Counted from the stretch's first letter, positions 1 to 11,555 are shown. The stretch is 64,000 bases of DNA from Candidatus Bathyarchaeota archaeon (GCA_963770845.1 CAVYRC010000013.1:51628-115627), one strand, 5' to 3'. Program-made: numbers and translations. The notes: generated by a model not told the origin, from the sequence alone.

Positions 1-60
1 AAGCAAGCGGACCAAAGGCTTAAAACGCCACTCTGGCAATATATTTTCTGACTAAGAATT

Positions 61-510
61 ATGTACCTGATTAAAAAAGTTAACTTAAAACCTATCAATC
101 CTAGCACATTACCTATAACAAAAAGGGCATACAATACATTTTGCATTACACTATCTTTAGATAATGAACCTGAAGACGATTGGAAGGGAATTTTCAAAGA
201 AGAAGTAAAAAGTTTTTTTCAGCTACCTGCATTCCCAAAAAGGCAAGGTTTGGCAAAACCCCTCCCCCAAACAACCTATCAAGTTGACTTAGGTGACGAG
301 ACAATTACACTAATTACGAATCTGGAAAACTTCCAAAAAGACATCAAAACAGTAATGCGGTTAGTGGAAAGGGTAAATGATAGAGTTGAAAAACAAAATA
401 TAGAAGCAAAACATAGAAAGCAAGCAGAAAAAATGGAGTCTGAAAGAAACCAAAAAATCATAGAGGAAATGCGGGAGTCTTTAAGGAAAAATCCACCATC
501 GCTCCAATAA
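61..510 (+). CDS. hypothetical protein with C-terminal coiled coil
   Basis: 149-aa ORF, AT-rich, charged helical C-terminus; no family recognised. Confidence 0.6.
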   Translation: MYLIKKVNLKPINPSTLPITKRAYNTFCITLSLDNEPEDDWKGIFKEEVKSFFQLPAFPKRQGLAKPLPQTTYQVDLGDETITLITNLENFQKDIKTVMRLVERVNDRVEKQNIEAKHRKQAEKMESERNQKIIEEMRESLRKNPPSLQ

Positions 511-669
511 TCTAACATCCATAACTCCCACCCTAACTGCCAGGACGGGATTCTGGCTACGTTTTGTTTTTGCGTTCTGTATATGATATGGTTGGATTAG
601 AATTCAGTTTGAACTACACCTAAAACTTTTTGAAGGTTAAAGTTGCTCATTAAACAAGGATAAATCTTG

Positions 670-804
670 ATGGATAAAGCTAAAATTAAAGATGAAATGT
701 GCACGTGTGAGCATCTCAAAAGTGAGCATTCGTATTTTTTGGATAGAGTATGCACTAAACCAAAATGTGAATGCTACAAGTTCGTTTTGAAGGATGAAAA
801 ATAA
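670..804 (+). CDS. 44-aa Cys/His-rich metal-binding microprotein
   Basis: Hand translation MDKAKIKDEMCTCEHLKSEHSYFLDRVCTKPKCECYKFVLKDEK; CxCxH-x3-H...C-x4-CxC pattern; below ORF-track cutoff. Confidence 0.6.
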   Translation: MDKAKIKDEMCTCEHLKSEHSYFLDRVCTKPKCECYKFVLKDEK

Positions 805-1132
805 AAGCCTAATTTTTTAGACGGCACATGATGATTGAAAACTTTATAGCATCAAAGTATTCATAATGAAAAATGTGCGCCATTAAACAGGCAACAATAC
901 CTGAATTCAGGCTATAAGGAGCATCTCAATTCCGACTGTACTCTTACCCTATATTGAATATAGGTTTCTTTAGAACCATATATCTATAGCTTAGGCGCAT
1001 AGTTATTGAAGTATATACTTATTCTCTGCAAACATGAAGAAAAAAGCCGGTTTTACGTAACAGCTAATATACTTGAACATTTAATTATGGTTCCCTTTGA
1101 GCGAAACCTACTCTCAATAAAGGAGCGGCGCT

Positions 1133-2821
1133 GTGTTTAGCAAACTCTGGAACACATTAAACAACCTGTCATCTAAAAAACACCTAAAGTACACCCTCTA
1201 CCTCTCAGCAATCATCATCTTCTTCGCTTTAATCCTTGTTCCCCCCATTATTGGCATCTTAACTAAAGCCGGCTCATTGCAAAACGTCTTCGATAACCCA
1301 TCGTTGATGAATACTGCTTTAAACGCTATTGCAGCATCATTCATTATAGGCTTAGTCGTTGCCGCCTTGGACTTGTTAGCTGGGATTCCCCTCGCTTGGT
1401 ATATTACTCGAGGAAAATCCAGGTGGCTAACGGTCCTAGATACATTGGCGGACTTGCCCTTCGTAGTACCAACCGCCGCTTTAGGTTATTCTCTTCTGTT
1501 ATTCTGGAGTTCAAGCGGAGGAATATCTGATTTATTTGGTCATCCCTTCGTTTCACCAGGCTGGCTACTTGTTATGTTGCTGCATTTCACTTTTTCTTTT
1601 CCAGTTGTAGTACGCGTAATTGTCGGCGCCTTGCTTGACTACAAAATGGAGTATGAACGGGCGTCCCGGACACTTGGCGCTCCACCCTTAACAGCTTCAA
1701 GAACAGTAACCTTCCCAATAATCAAACCCTCCCTAATTGCAGCTTACACACTTGCATTTGCAAGGTCCCTCTCTGAAACAGGTGCAACTTTCATAGTAGC
1801 AGCAGGATTATTTCTCAACGGACCAGTATTTATCCAAACAGTAAGCAACCAATTCAAAAGTGGCGCCATATCTCAAGGAACCTACGAGGGCGCAACTGTT
1901 TTTGCAAGCCTAATCTTGATTGTTGTGTCTTTAACCATTTTTGTCTTAATACGAGTTATAGGTCAACGAATGAAGCTTCCTTTCGGTCATGGTTTACCCC
2001 GTTTTGAGGCAAAATTAAGCTACAAAAAAGCGGCTTGGGCACGTAACGGCATAGCCTTAGGGGTTTTCTTGATAATTGTGCTCATTCCTTCAATGTTTGT
2101 CGCGTTGCCTGCTTTCCAAGCGATCACAACAGGAACGACTTTAACAGATGCGTTTTCCGGTTCAGGAGTTTGGGCAAGTTACTGGCAGAGTCTTACCTTA
2201 TCCTACAGTTTAGCTGCAATCGTTACAGTTTTGGGAATTGCATTAGGGTTGCCTATGGCTATTCTTATTGCACGCAAAACCTTCGGTAAATGGCTTTCAG
2301 TGTTGCTTGATACTCTGATAAATGTTCCAATAATTGTTCCATCGATTGCCCTAGGGGTTTCCTTAAAGTTCTTTTGGACTGGCGTCCCAGGCATTCCAGA
2401 GTTCATACTATTGGTCTTTGCCCACCTAGCAATTACTTACCCGTATTTTGTGCGGTCTATGTCAGCGGCTATGGAGCGAATAACCATCGACATGGAAGAA
2501 GCAGCCAAAACGTTGGGAGCCAAACCCTTTGCTGTCTTTAGGACAATCGTTTGGCCAATAACAAAATACTCCATCCTTTCAGGTGCAATCATCGTCTTCA
2601 CCCGCAGCGTTAGTGAAACAGGCGCATCTTTGGCTGTTGCTTCAAAGTTACAAACAGCTCCAGTCTTGATAGTAAATTGGGTCAACTCAGTCAGAGGCGC
2701 CATTGGTCCAATCGTTGGAGTCAACGAATTAACTGTGGGCTTAGCATGCGGATTGCTGATACTGTTCAGCTTCATTATACTGCTGGTCCTAAGGCTCTTA
2801 ACTAGAAAAGGAAAAGTCTAA
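1133..2821 (+). CDS. ABC transporter permease, two fused BPD_transp_1 domains (FbpB/ThiP/CysTW-like)
   Basis: Two EAA loops (YERASRTLGA, MEEAAKTLGA), about 12 TM segments. Confidence 0.9.
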   Translation: MFSKLWNTLNNLSSKKHLKYTLYLSAIIIFFALILVPPIIGILTKAGSLQNVFDNPSLMNTALNAIAASFIIGLVVAALDLLAGIPLAWYITRGKSRWLTVLDTLADLPFVVPTAALGYSLLLFWSSSGGISDLFGHPFVSPGWLLVMLLHFTFSFPVVVRVIVGALLDYKMEYERASRTLGAPPLTASRTVTFPIIKPSLIAAYTLAFARSLSETGATFIVAAGLFLNGPVFIQTVSNQFKSGAISQGTYEGATVFASLILIVVSLTIFVLIRVIGQRMKLPFGHGLPRFEAKLSYKKAAWARNGIALGVFLIIVLIPSMFVALPAFQAITTGTTLTDAFSGSGVWASYWQSLTLSYSLAAIVTVLGIALGLPMAILIARKTFGKWLSVLLDTLINVPIIVPSIALGVSLKFFWTGVPGIPEFILLVFAHLAITYPYFVRSMSAAMERITIDMEEAAKTLGAKPFAVFRTIVWPITKYSILSGAIIVFTRSVSETGASLAVASKLQTAPVLIVNWVNSVRGAIGPIVGVNELTVGLACGLLILFSFIILLVLRLLTRKGKV

Positions 2822-2871
2822 AATGATAACCAACAAAGCCAACAAACAGCCAATAAAAAGGAGAACAAAAA

Positions 2872-3972
2872 ATGCCTGATATCCGAGTTGTAAATTTAAC
2901 AAAGAAATATGGCAAAGTATACGCACTAGACAATGTTAGTCTCACAATCCATGATCAAGAATACTTTTCTTTGCTGGGACCGAGCGGCTGCGGCAAAACC
3001 ACCCTCCTTAGGCTAATAGCGGGGCTAATTGAACCTGACAGCGGCGAAATCTACATTGGCGACCGACGAGTCGACAAAGTGCCACCTGAAGACAGAGACA
3101 TCGGCTTTGTTTTCCAAACATTCGCTCTGTTTCCTCACATGACAGCTTGGAGCAACGTCATCTACGGACCCAAAGTCAAAAACTACGATGCGAAACAGGC
3201 TGAGACTATTGGACACGAAGTTTTGGAGCTTGTAAAACTTAACGAACGATTGAATGCTTATCCCAGCGAGCTTAGCGGTGGCATGATGCAAAGAATCGCT
3301 GTTGCGCGTGCGTTGGCTGCGGGTGCCAAGACTCTGCTTTTGGATGAGCCGTTGGGACAACTTGACGCTAAAGTTCGCAACGAGATTCGCTATGAGATTC
3401 GCAGGATGGCAAAAGACCTCAAATTAACTGCAATCCATGTTACTCATGATCAAGCTGAAGCCATGTCCATTTCAGACCGTATTGCAGTTATGAAAAAGGG
3501 CAAGATTGTTCAGGTTGGGACTTCGCAGGAACTCTATATGCATCCGAACAGCTTGTTTGTTGCCCACTTTATCGGCGAATCCAACTTTTTAGAAGGCTAC
3601 ATCAGTAAGGCTAATGGTCAGTCAGACATTGAGTTGCGGCAGGGCTTAGTTGTTAAAGCTTTCAACGACTTGAATATTAAGACTGGTGAACGGGTAGTTT
3701 TAGCTATTAGACCTGAAACATGCGAAATGAAGAAGGGGCATTTTGAGGCGGAGAACAGTTTGTTTGGTAAAGTAGAAAAAACTACCTTTGAAGGAATCGT
3801 TGTCCGATACGAAATTAGGCTTGATAACGGCGACCGCTTCGTAATCAACCGACCTTCTCTGACAGAGGACTGGGTTAAGATAGGTGAAGATGTCACGATT
3901 ACTTATCCGCTGGATAAAGCCCATCTGTTCCCGTATCCAGAAACTGGTTTAGCCGAGGAAATAAAAGTCTAA
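2872..3972 (+). CDS. ABC transporter ATP-binding subunit (PotA/FbpC-like, C-terminal TOBE)
   Basis: Walker A GPSGCGKT, signature LSGGMMQR, Walker B LLLDEP, HVTHDQ. Confidence 0.95.
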   Translation: MPDIRVVNLTKKYGKVYALDNVSLTIHDQEYFSLLGPSGCGKTTLLRLIAGLIEPDSGEIYIGDRRVDKVPPEDRDIGFVFQTFALFPHMTAWSNVIYGPKVKNYDAKQAETIGHEVLELVKLNERLNAYPSELSGGMMQRIAVARALAAGAKTLLLDEPLGQLDAKVRNEIRYEIRRMAKDLKLTAIHVTHDQAEAMSISDRIAVMKKGKIVQVGTSQELYMHPNSLFVAHFIGESNFLEGYISKANGQSDIELRQGLVVKAFNDLNIKTGERVVLAIRPETCEMKKGHFEAENSLFGKVEKTTFEGIVVRYEIRLDNGDRFVINRPSLTEDWVKIGEDVTITYPLDKAHLFPYPETGLAEEIKV

Positions 3973-4090
3973 CAATATTTTTTTGCCAGCTATTCTCTTT
4001 TTGGTTTTTTTCTGGCGATAAGCAAGCGTTTAATCAAATTTATTAAGGAAGCATATCTTAAATTACTAACAAGATAGGTGCTACTATTTT

Positions 4091-4589
4091 ATGACTCATA
4101 GCTTTGAAGCAAAAAATCAAAGCATCAATTCCTTATCGCTGAGTATATTTATCATAATAGTTTCCGCAGCGATCTTGGCTTCGGTTTTGAGTTTTCTACA
4201 TCCTGGGTTTATCAGTTCCCTCTCTGGGGGAACTTATGTTTCAGGCGGAACCATTTACGATGCAATTTACGTGATTCTGACTGTAGCAACAGATGTGCTC
4301 TACCTTTTTGGTGGAGGTGTGATCGTCTTTGGCGCACTACTGGTAACTATACGTTTTATTCAGTTAAAACTCAAAGATCCCTATCAACCATCCTTTTCCA
4401 CACGTTATCTTATCGGGGTACTTGACGTTAAGTCTAAACTTTTTCATCGGTGCCGAAATCGTTCGTACTGTTGCTGTTAGAACATATGAAGAGTTTGCTC
4501 TTTTGATTCTAGTTATAGGCAGCAGAGGGCTTTTTAGCCTGATTCTTTATTTGGAAAGACGTTGGCATGGAACAACAGAAACAGAATAG
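4091..4589 (+). CDS. DUF1622-like membrane protein (frameshift near 4410)
   Basis: Continuation in shifted frame LSGYLTLSLNFFIGAEIVRTVAVRTYEEFALLILVIGSRGLFSLILYLERRWHGTTETE* matches the DUF1622 pattern. Confidence 0.7.
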
Positions 4590-4933
4590 TGGGTGCATTC
4601 GTTTTTTTATATGATTGAAAAACTATGAAATTTTTGCATATTTTTGTGCTTAAAATTTAAAAGCAAGTGAAGTATTTCTATGTGAACTAGCTCGGGGTAG
4701 TATGGGAGAAATATGTGTTAAGGGAGAGAGCATACTAGGCGACTATGCTGAAAATCAAGTCGTCTTGCCCGCAGACACTTGTCTCTCAATTAAAGATAAT
4801 TTCGGGTTTTTGTACAGTTTTGATGCAGATAAACTTAAATATTTTCAAGGCAAGGCTGTTGGTTATAATAAGTGCAAATTTAACGCTATCCATGGGGCAG
4901 CTTTGATGGTTGAAAGTAAGGGAGCGCGAAAGA

Positions 4934-5284
4934 ATGAATTTTGATCTAATTATTGCAGGGTTCATTGCATTCACATTAATCTTCGTCTCAACTTTAGTAA
5001 TCTATGCTTTAGGCAAACGGTCAGCCCCTAAAACCGTCATAAGCGAAAATGAACAAGCTGCCTACGCTTGCGGCGAAAAAGTAATTTTCCGAGGAGTAAA
5101 AATCAACGTATCCCTCTACAAGTATCTGATTTACTTCGTAATCTTTGACTCATCAGTTTTGGTTCTGGCTTTTGCCTCATTCGGATTAGTTGGTGCAAAT
5201 CATCTGAACCCTCTTCTTTTAATCATTTACCTTGGCATCATTCTTGCCGCAGGCCTGGTTGTTGTTGAAGGAGGAAAAGAATAA
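4934..5284 (+). CDS. NuoA-like membrane subunit of energy-converting hydrogenase complex
   Basis: 3 TM, YACGE loop, YLIYFVIFD motif; first gene of operon. Confidence 0.85.
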   Translation: MNFDLIIAGFIAFTLIFVSTLVIYALGKRSAPKTVISENEQAAYACGEKVIFRGVKINVSLYKYLIYFVIFDSSVLVLAFASFGLVGANHLNPLLLIIYLGIILAAGLVVVEGGKE

Positions 5285-5829
5285 TGACAGACACAAAAAC
5301 ATGGGCACGTGTAAAATCGCCTTGGGTGTTGCACTTTAACTCAGGAGCCTGTAACGGTTGCGACATAGAAATAGTCGCTTTATTGACACCAAAATATGAC
5401 GTTGAGCGGTTCGGAGTAAAACTTGAGCCCTCACCGCGCCACGCAGACGTATTGTTGGTGACTGGTTGCGTAACTCAGCAATGTGCCGAACGGCTAAAAC
5501 GGGTATACGACCAGATGCCCCAACCAAAATTCGTCGTCGCAATAGGCGCCTGCGCATGTAGCGGCGGAGTCTTCGAAGGAAACTACAACGTTCTTGGCGG
5601 CGTAGACAAAGTAATTCCAGTTACAGCTTACATACCTGGATGTCCACCGCGTCCAGAAGCAATTTTAGATGGAGTGGTAAAGCTTCTAAATGCGCTAAAT
5701 CCACCAAAACCAAAAAAGCAGCCCAAACAGCCTGAAGCGCCAAATCAAGAGGTTGCAAAATTGGAAGCTGCTATTGCACAGGAAGCTAAGCCAATAGTTG
5801 AGGAGGCAAAACAAATTGTCAAACAGTAA
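5284..5829 (+). CDS. NuoB/EchC-like [NiFe]-hydrogenase small subunit
   Basis: CNGCDIE, SPRHAD, GACACSGG, PGCPP; CxxC (hydrogenase type) rather than tandem CC of complex I. Confidence 0.95.
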   Translation: MTDTKTWARVKSPWVLHFNSGACNGCDIEIVALLTPKYDVERFGVKLEPSPRHADVLLVTGCVTQQCAERLKRVYDQMPQPKFVVAIGACACSGGVFEGNYNVLGGVDKVIPVTAYIPGCPPRPEAILDGVVKLLNALNPPKPKKQPKQPEAPNQEVAKLEAAIAQEAKPIVEEAKQIVKQ

Positions 5830-7394
5830 AATAGACATCTTAAAAGTAGTCGAATCAAAACTTGGTAGTAAAGTCCAAATCCAACCCGGATATCTAAGCA
5901 CAGGAACCATAATTGCCCAGAACGGCTTGCACCGTGATGTCATAAAAGCCATGATTGATGCAGACGAGAAAACTGGTATAACAGCGATAACTGGACTTGA
6001 CCTTGGAGATAACTTGGGCGTCTACTATCATGTCCATGCTTCCAATGCTTTTGTAACAATCAAGGCTGAAGTGCCAAAAGTAAACCCCAAAATCCAAACA
6101 ATAATTGACCTTCACCCCGGCGCCGTTTTCCATGAACTGGAAGTAGCAGACCTTTTGGGTGTACAGTTCGAGGGGCATCCAATGTCAGGACATTTTGTCC
6201 TTTCAGAGAACTGGCCTGAAGGCGTCTATCCGCTGAGAAAAGATGTCAAGGCAAGCGAAGTAAAACTTGTCCCCACACCGCCATCAGAAGAAATTAAACT
6301 ACCTGAGAATGAACGGCTAGTAAAAATCATCATAGGTCCCCAGCATCCAGCGCTATTGGAGCCAGAAAAATTCGCAGTAACCGTCGAAGGCGAGACAGTA
6401 ACAAAAGTTGAACCCCGTATTGGCTACGTTCATCGGGGAATAGAGAAAGCAACTGAATCACGCACATATCTACAAGATGTTTACTTGGTCGAACGCATCT
6501 GCGGCATATGCAACAGCATTCACGCCTGCGGTTTCGTTGAAGCTGTAGAGAAGATTGCGAAAACTGAGGTTCCAGAAAGAGCCAGGTACTTGCGCGTAAT
6601 CGCTCTGGAACTCAACAGGCTGCACAGCCACCTTTTGACTTTAGGTCATGCTGGACTAGAAATCGGCTACGAGACGATATTCCAGTATTTCTGGAGAGAC
6701 CGCGAACCCATAATGGATTTAATCGAGCTAACTAGTGGCAACCGTGTTTACTCATCACTTATGACAGTTGGCGGTGTGAGACGCGACATTAGAGACACTG
6801 ATATTCCCAAAATTAAATCTGTCCTCAAAACACTCCGTGGACAATTACCTTTCTACAGGCAAATCTACGAAAATGAACCAAGCCTAAAACTGCGTATGAA
6901 AAACGTGGGTGTACTGAGCAGAGAAGACGCCTTAAAGCTTTCAGTGGTTGGTCCAGTAGCTAGGGCTTCAGGCGTTGACATCGACGTTCGTAAAGACGAG
7001 CCGTACGAAGCATACGGCGAAATACCTTTCAAAGAAATAGTCTACACCACCGGCGATACATGGGGGAGAATGAATGTTCGAATGGATGAGGTTGAGGAAA
7101 GTATCAACATCATCGAGTACGCAGTCGACCACCTGCCCTCTGGACCCTTCAGAATAGCCACCCCCTAGAAGCGTGCCAGTAGGCGAAGCCGTGAATCGTG
7201 TTGAAGCACCCAGAGGAGAACTCTTCTATTATGTACGAAGCAATGGCACAGACAAACCTGACCGCGTTAAAGTCCGCACACCAACATTCGCTAACATACC
7301 CTCTTTCCTCAAAACAGCCATAGGAGAAAGCATTGCCGATGTCCCAGCCAACTTTGTCAGCTTAGATCCCTGCTTCTCATGCACCGACCGGTGA
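5816..7394 (+). CDS. Fused NuoC/NuoD-like group 4 [NiFe]-hydrogenase large subunit (frameshift near 7160)
   Basis: NuoC-like N-part (ELEVADLLGVQFEGHP...YPLRKD), GPQHP, L1 ERICGIC, EAPRGE, L2 DPCFSCTDR*; TTG start at 5816 after GAGGAGG. Confidence 0.92.
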
Positions 7395-7401
7395 CCCCAG
7401 A

Positions 7402-8403
7402 ATGATTGATTACCTCCTCTTGATCTTCAGAATTCTTGTCTTCCCAGGCTTCACATTCATACTACTGTTGACTCTGTTCTGTGATTGGATGGAGCGTAAA
7501 ATCGAGGCACGCATTCAAAACCGCGTTGGACCAATGGTAGCAGGTCCGGCAGGTATTCTTCAGCCACTTGCAGACTTCATAAAACTGCTAACAAAAGAAG
7601 ACATCGAGCCAAGAGATGCCAAAAAAATTATTTTCCGGTATGCTCCCCTTTTAGCGTTTGCAATCATGATTTTTGCTTTCTGTTTCCTACCAATTGACGG
7701 CGCCAGCGTTCTATCAACAACCGGTTTTGGCGGCGACCTGATTGTTATATTGACGTTTGCATCAATCGCCAACTTTTTACTGTTCATGGCTGGGTGGGCA
7801 TCATGCAATCCTTATGGCACTATTGGCTCAGCGAGAGTCTTAACCCAGTTCTTAGGCTACGACATCCCGTTGTTCTTAATCGCCCTAACACCAGCATTCA
7901 TCGCAGGGAGCCTACAAATCGCAAATATAGCTTCACTCCAAGCAGGCACCTTTCTTCCCTTCATAATCCTGGTGCCATGGGCGTTTGTCTTGTTCATGAT
8001 AACTATGCAGGCGGAGCTTGAAAAAGACCCCTTCGATGTGCCGCATTCTGAAAGCGAGCTTGTCGGCGGATTAGAAACCGAGTACACAGGCGCAAAACTT
8101 GCATTTCTCCACCTTACACGTGATGTGCAAGTAGTTTTTGGAGCAGCTTTAGTGGTGGAACTATTCCTTGGCGGTCCCTACGGACCAGTTATCTTTGGTC
8201 CATCTTGGATCTGGTATAGCATATGGTTTGTGCTGAAACTCTTGGCAGTCGTACTCATATCTGAGTACATCACAACCGTGGTTGCCCGTTTCCGCATCGA
8301 CCAAGTCCTCTCCGGCAACTGGAGAATCCTCTTACCTGCAGCTTTGCTGTCCTTGATGCTTACTGTCGCATTGGTAACATGGGTTTACCCTTTGGTGGCG
8401 TAA
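7402..8403 (+). CDS. NuoH/EchB-like membrane subunit
   Basis: ERKIEARIQNRVGP, LQPLADFIKLLTKE, PFDVPHSESELVGG. Confidence 0.95.
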   Translation: MIDYLLLIFRILVFPGFTFILLLTLFCDWMERKIEARIQNRVGPMVAGPAGILQPLADFIKLLTKEDIEPRDAKKIIFRYAPLLAFAIMIFAFCFLPIDGASVLSTTGFGGDLIVILTFASIANFLLFMAGWASCNPYGTIGSARVLTQFLGYDIPLFLIALTPAFIAGSLQIANIASLQAGTFLPFIILVPWAFVLFMITMQAELEKDPFDVPHSESELVGGLETEYTGAKLAFLHLTRDVQVVFGAALVVELFLGGPYGPVIFGPSWIWYSIWFVLKLLAVVLISEYITTVVARFRIDQVLSGNWRILLPAALLSLMLTVALVTWVYPLVA

Positions 8404-8407
8404 CAAG

Positions 8408-8860
8408 ATGACGGAAAAGAAAAAATCACGTATATCTCCGATATTCAAACGGGCAGCCTCACACATATTCACAAAGCCAGCAACCACAAAGTATCCATTC
8501 GTAAAACCTGAACTTCCTAGCGATGCCCGCGGCAAAATAGTCTATACAATTGATTCTTGCAACATCATCGACATTGGAACAGGCTCAGGTGGATTGACTT
8601 TAGATGTAAAATCAATCGTTGGCTCCAATTGTAGAGTCTGCGTTCGAGATTGCCCAGCAGGCGCGATTGAAATCGTTGAAGTCGAAGGCAAAAAACGACC
8701 GCAAATTAGGTTCGACAAATGCATTTTCTGCCATCAATGTGTGGAAAGCTGCCCTAGAGATGCAATTAAGAGCTCAGTTTTCTATGAATTAGCAACAACT
8801 GACAAATGCGCGTTAATCCAGAAGCCAAAACCAAATGCTAAGGAGACAAAACCCCAATGA
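8408..8860 (+). CDS. NuoI/EchF-like 2x[4Fe-4S] subunit
   Basis: TTKYP...RG, C-x23-CRVCVRDCP and CIFCHQCVESCP. Confidence 0.9.
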   Translation: MTEKKKSRISPIFKRAASHIFTKPATTKYPFVKPELPSDARGKIVYTIDSCNIIDIGTGSGGLTLDVKSIVGSNCRVCVRDCPAGAIEIVEVEGKKRPQIRFDKCIFCHQCVESCPRDAIKSSVFYELATTDKCALIQKPKPNAKETKPQ

Positions 8861-9319
8861 TCTTTGAAATCCTCGCTGTAGGCTTAATAATTTCAGCCGT
8901 ATTGGCCCTATTCCTAGACGAAGTCGTCTATTCCGTTGCTGCTTTAGCAGGAACTTTCTTTTTTGTAGCGTTAATTTACGTTCTAAATGGCGCACTATAT
9001 GCTGCAATCTTTCCAGTTCGCCGTGGGCATTGGCACATTAGCTATCCTGTTCTTGTCAGGAGAAATGTTGGGTGATAAACCAGTAAAGAAAACTTCGGCA
9101 AAACGCACAGGCGCTTTAGTCGGCATCGGCGCGGTTTTATCGTTGCCTGCAATTTTCCTCTCTGTTTCTGGTTCAACCACAACCACTTCCGACATATCCA
9201 TCGGAGATGCCTTGTGGAATGTGAGGGGCTTGGATGTTGTTTTGCAAGCTATAGTTATTCTTACGGTGGCGCTTGGAATAGCCATTGTCTTATATGAAAA
9301 GCGGAAGGGTGGTCAATAA
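8857..9319 (+). CDS. NuoJ-like subunit (frameshift near 9010)
   Basis: ORFs 8857-9075 and 8987-9319 join into a hydrophobic NuoJ-type protein between nuoI and nuoK. Confidence 0.8.
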
Positions 9320-9633
9320 TGGACTTTGTCATATTATCCTTAGTTATGCTGGCAATCGGCATCTATGGCTTGCTAACTAATCGTCAACTCCTAAAAGTCT
9401 TCATATCCGTAGAGTTAATCGCAACGGCTGCTACGTTAAACTTTGTGATGTTGGCGACAAGCCAAGGCTTAGGGCAGGCATTCCTGATATTAGCTTTCTC
9501 AACAGACACCGCTGTCAGCGGCGTAATCTTAGCGTTGCTTGTCGTCGTCTCCAAAAAGTATGGGACAAGCGACATGGGCAAAATAATTCAGATGTTGCAA
9601 GACAAAGGCGAAAGCGAGGATGAAGTTCAATGA
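9319..9633 (+). CDS. NuoK-like subunit
   Basis: IGIYGLL..R.LLKVFISVEL, 3 TM. Confidence 0.9.
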   Translation: MDFVILSLVMLAIGIYGLLTNRQLLKVFISVELIATAATLNFVMLATSQGLGQAFLILAFSTDTAVSGVILALLVVVSKKYGTSDMGKIIQMLQDKGESEDEVQ

Positions 9634-11555
9634 TACTTGAAGAATTCTCTGCATGGTTTGTTTGGGTTATCCCCCTCTTTGCAAGTTTATTTGTTCCCGT
9701 AATCGGAAAATACAGCGACAAAGCCGAAACTACTTTGTTGTAGCTATAGCTGCGGTTACTGCGTCGTTGGCGCTCTCAATGGTTCCAAGCGTCTGGAACG
9801 GAACTGGACAAGCCTTAACCACTGGTTCAGTTAGCTGGCTTCCCGGCATCAGCGCAGGCGTCTACATTGACCCCCTCAGCGTACTCTTCACCTGCTTGAT
9901 CGGTTTCTTCGCATTAATCATCGCTGTCTACTCCATCGGCTACATGAAAGGCGAAGAAGGCTTATCACGATACTACTACCTCATCTTGCTCTTCATCGGC
10001 TCCATGATTGGCTTAGTCCTTGCCGACAACATGTTGCAGATGTTCATATTCTGGGAAATGGTAGGGCTTATGCTCCTATGCCCTGATTTCGTTCTGGTAC
10101 AAGAAACCCGAATCAATCCGTGCAGGTGTCAAAGTTTTCATAATGACCCGCATCGGCGACATCGCTCTGCTTGCAGCCATCGGCATACTGTTCTTGATGT
10201 TTGGTACCTTGAGCTTCCGCGGCGTAATAGCAGGCATTCAAGCAGGCGGCTTCAACATGGACTACATGGTTATCGTTGCATTCCTAGTTTTAGGCGGCGC
10301 AATCGCAAAATCAGCCCAGCTTCCACTGTTCACATGGCTATATAGCGCAATGGAAGCCCCAACGTCAGTCAGCGCACTGCTTACACGCAGCCACAATGGT
10401 CAAAGCAGGTGTCTACCTACTCGCAAGATTCATCCTCATCTTCTCAGTTGCACCGCATCTAATTGCTGCGCTTGCAACCCCTCTGGTTCCCAGTAATCGC
10501 CTGGATAGGCGTCTTAACCGCCATCGTCGGCGCAACACTCGCATTAACCACCACCGACATCAAAGGAGTACTCGCGTACTCCACCGTCAGCCAAATCGGC
10601 TTCATGATGGCTGGTTTAGGCGCAGCAATTGATGGCGCAGCTATCCGTCGGCTGGTTTGCAAGCCTATTCCACATGGTCAGCCACGCGTTCTTCGAAGGT
10701 CTCGGATTCCTCCTCGCAGGAGGCATCATACACGCAATCGGCACAAGAGACATGCGATTAATGGGTGGCTTACGAAAAGCCATGCCTATCTCTTTCGCTT
10801 TGATGGCTATAATGATTATAACCACTAGCGGTTTGCCACCGTTTGCCGCGTTCTTCAGCAAAGGCTTAATCATAACAAGCGTAACCGAAATCGGCAACCT
10901 CATACAAACAATTATGCTCTACGCAACCACTGCAATAACGTTTGCTTATGTTGTGCGCATGTTCAGCTTGGTCTTCATGGGTAAAGAATCTGAACACCTA
11001 CAGAAGCAGCATGTACATGAATCACCAAAAGTCATGCTTATCCCCGCTGCTATCCTCGCTGGCTTCTGTATCATCTGGGGCTTATCTGAACCATTAGTTG
11101 CAAGCTTCATGCATGTAAATCTGGCAGAAGGCTTACTTGGCGCTTTCTTCAACATCGAAACACCCATATTCTGGCTCTGCTTATCCCGACAGGTTTAATC
11201 GCTTACTTCACCTACTACAAAGGCTTCCAAGGTGTCCGTAACGTTGCTGCAGGCAAAAATCCCCTATCAACACTACTCAATCACGCTTACTTCTTCGACG
11301 ACTTCTACAATCGTATAGGTAAAGGATAAACAGCTTCTCTGAAGGTCTCACACGAGTTGAAAACGCTCTGTTCGGACGCTATCCAGACGCATGCAGGTAC
11401 AAAAGTAAGCCACGCCGCAGACCCAGGACATGCAACGACCCTCAAAGAAGGGACCCTCGACATCGTTTAGAAACTATGTTGCAGCAGCAGTGGTCGGTTT
11501 CATACTGATCGTTGTGCTAATGATATTAACCGGAGCTCTAGGTATAGGAGTGTAA
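9630..11555 (+). CDS. NuoL/MrpA-like antiporter subunit (multiple frameshifts)
   Basis: Fragments contain FIFWE, TRIGD, KSAQLPLFTWL..AMEAPT.VSALL, AYSTVSQIG, HMVSHAFF; ATGA overlap with nuoK. Confidence 0.88.

Noticed and set aside
825-905. ATGATGA ... CTGA as a second C/D sRNA
   Set aside because: No internal D'/C' boxes, no terminal stem matching the boxes, no recognisable guide.
4702-4944. 80-aa ORF upstream of the hydrogenase operon
   Set aside because: No recognisable motif; overlaps the nuoA start; more likely leader/promoter DNA.
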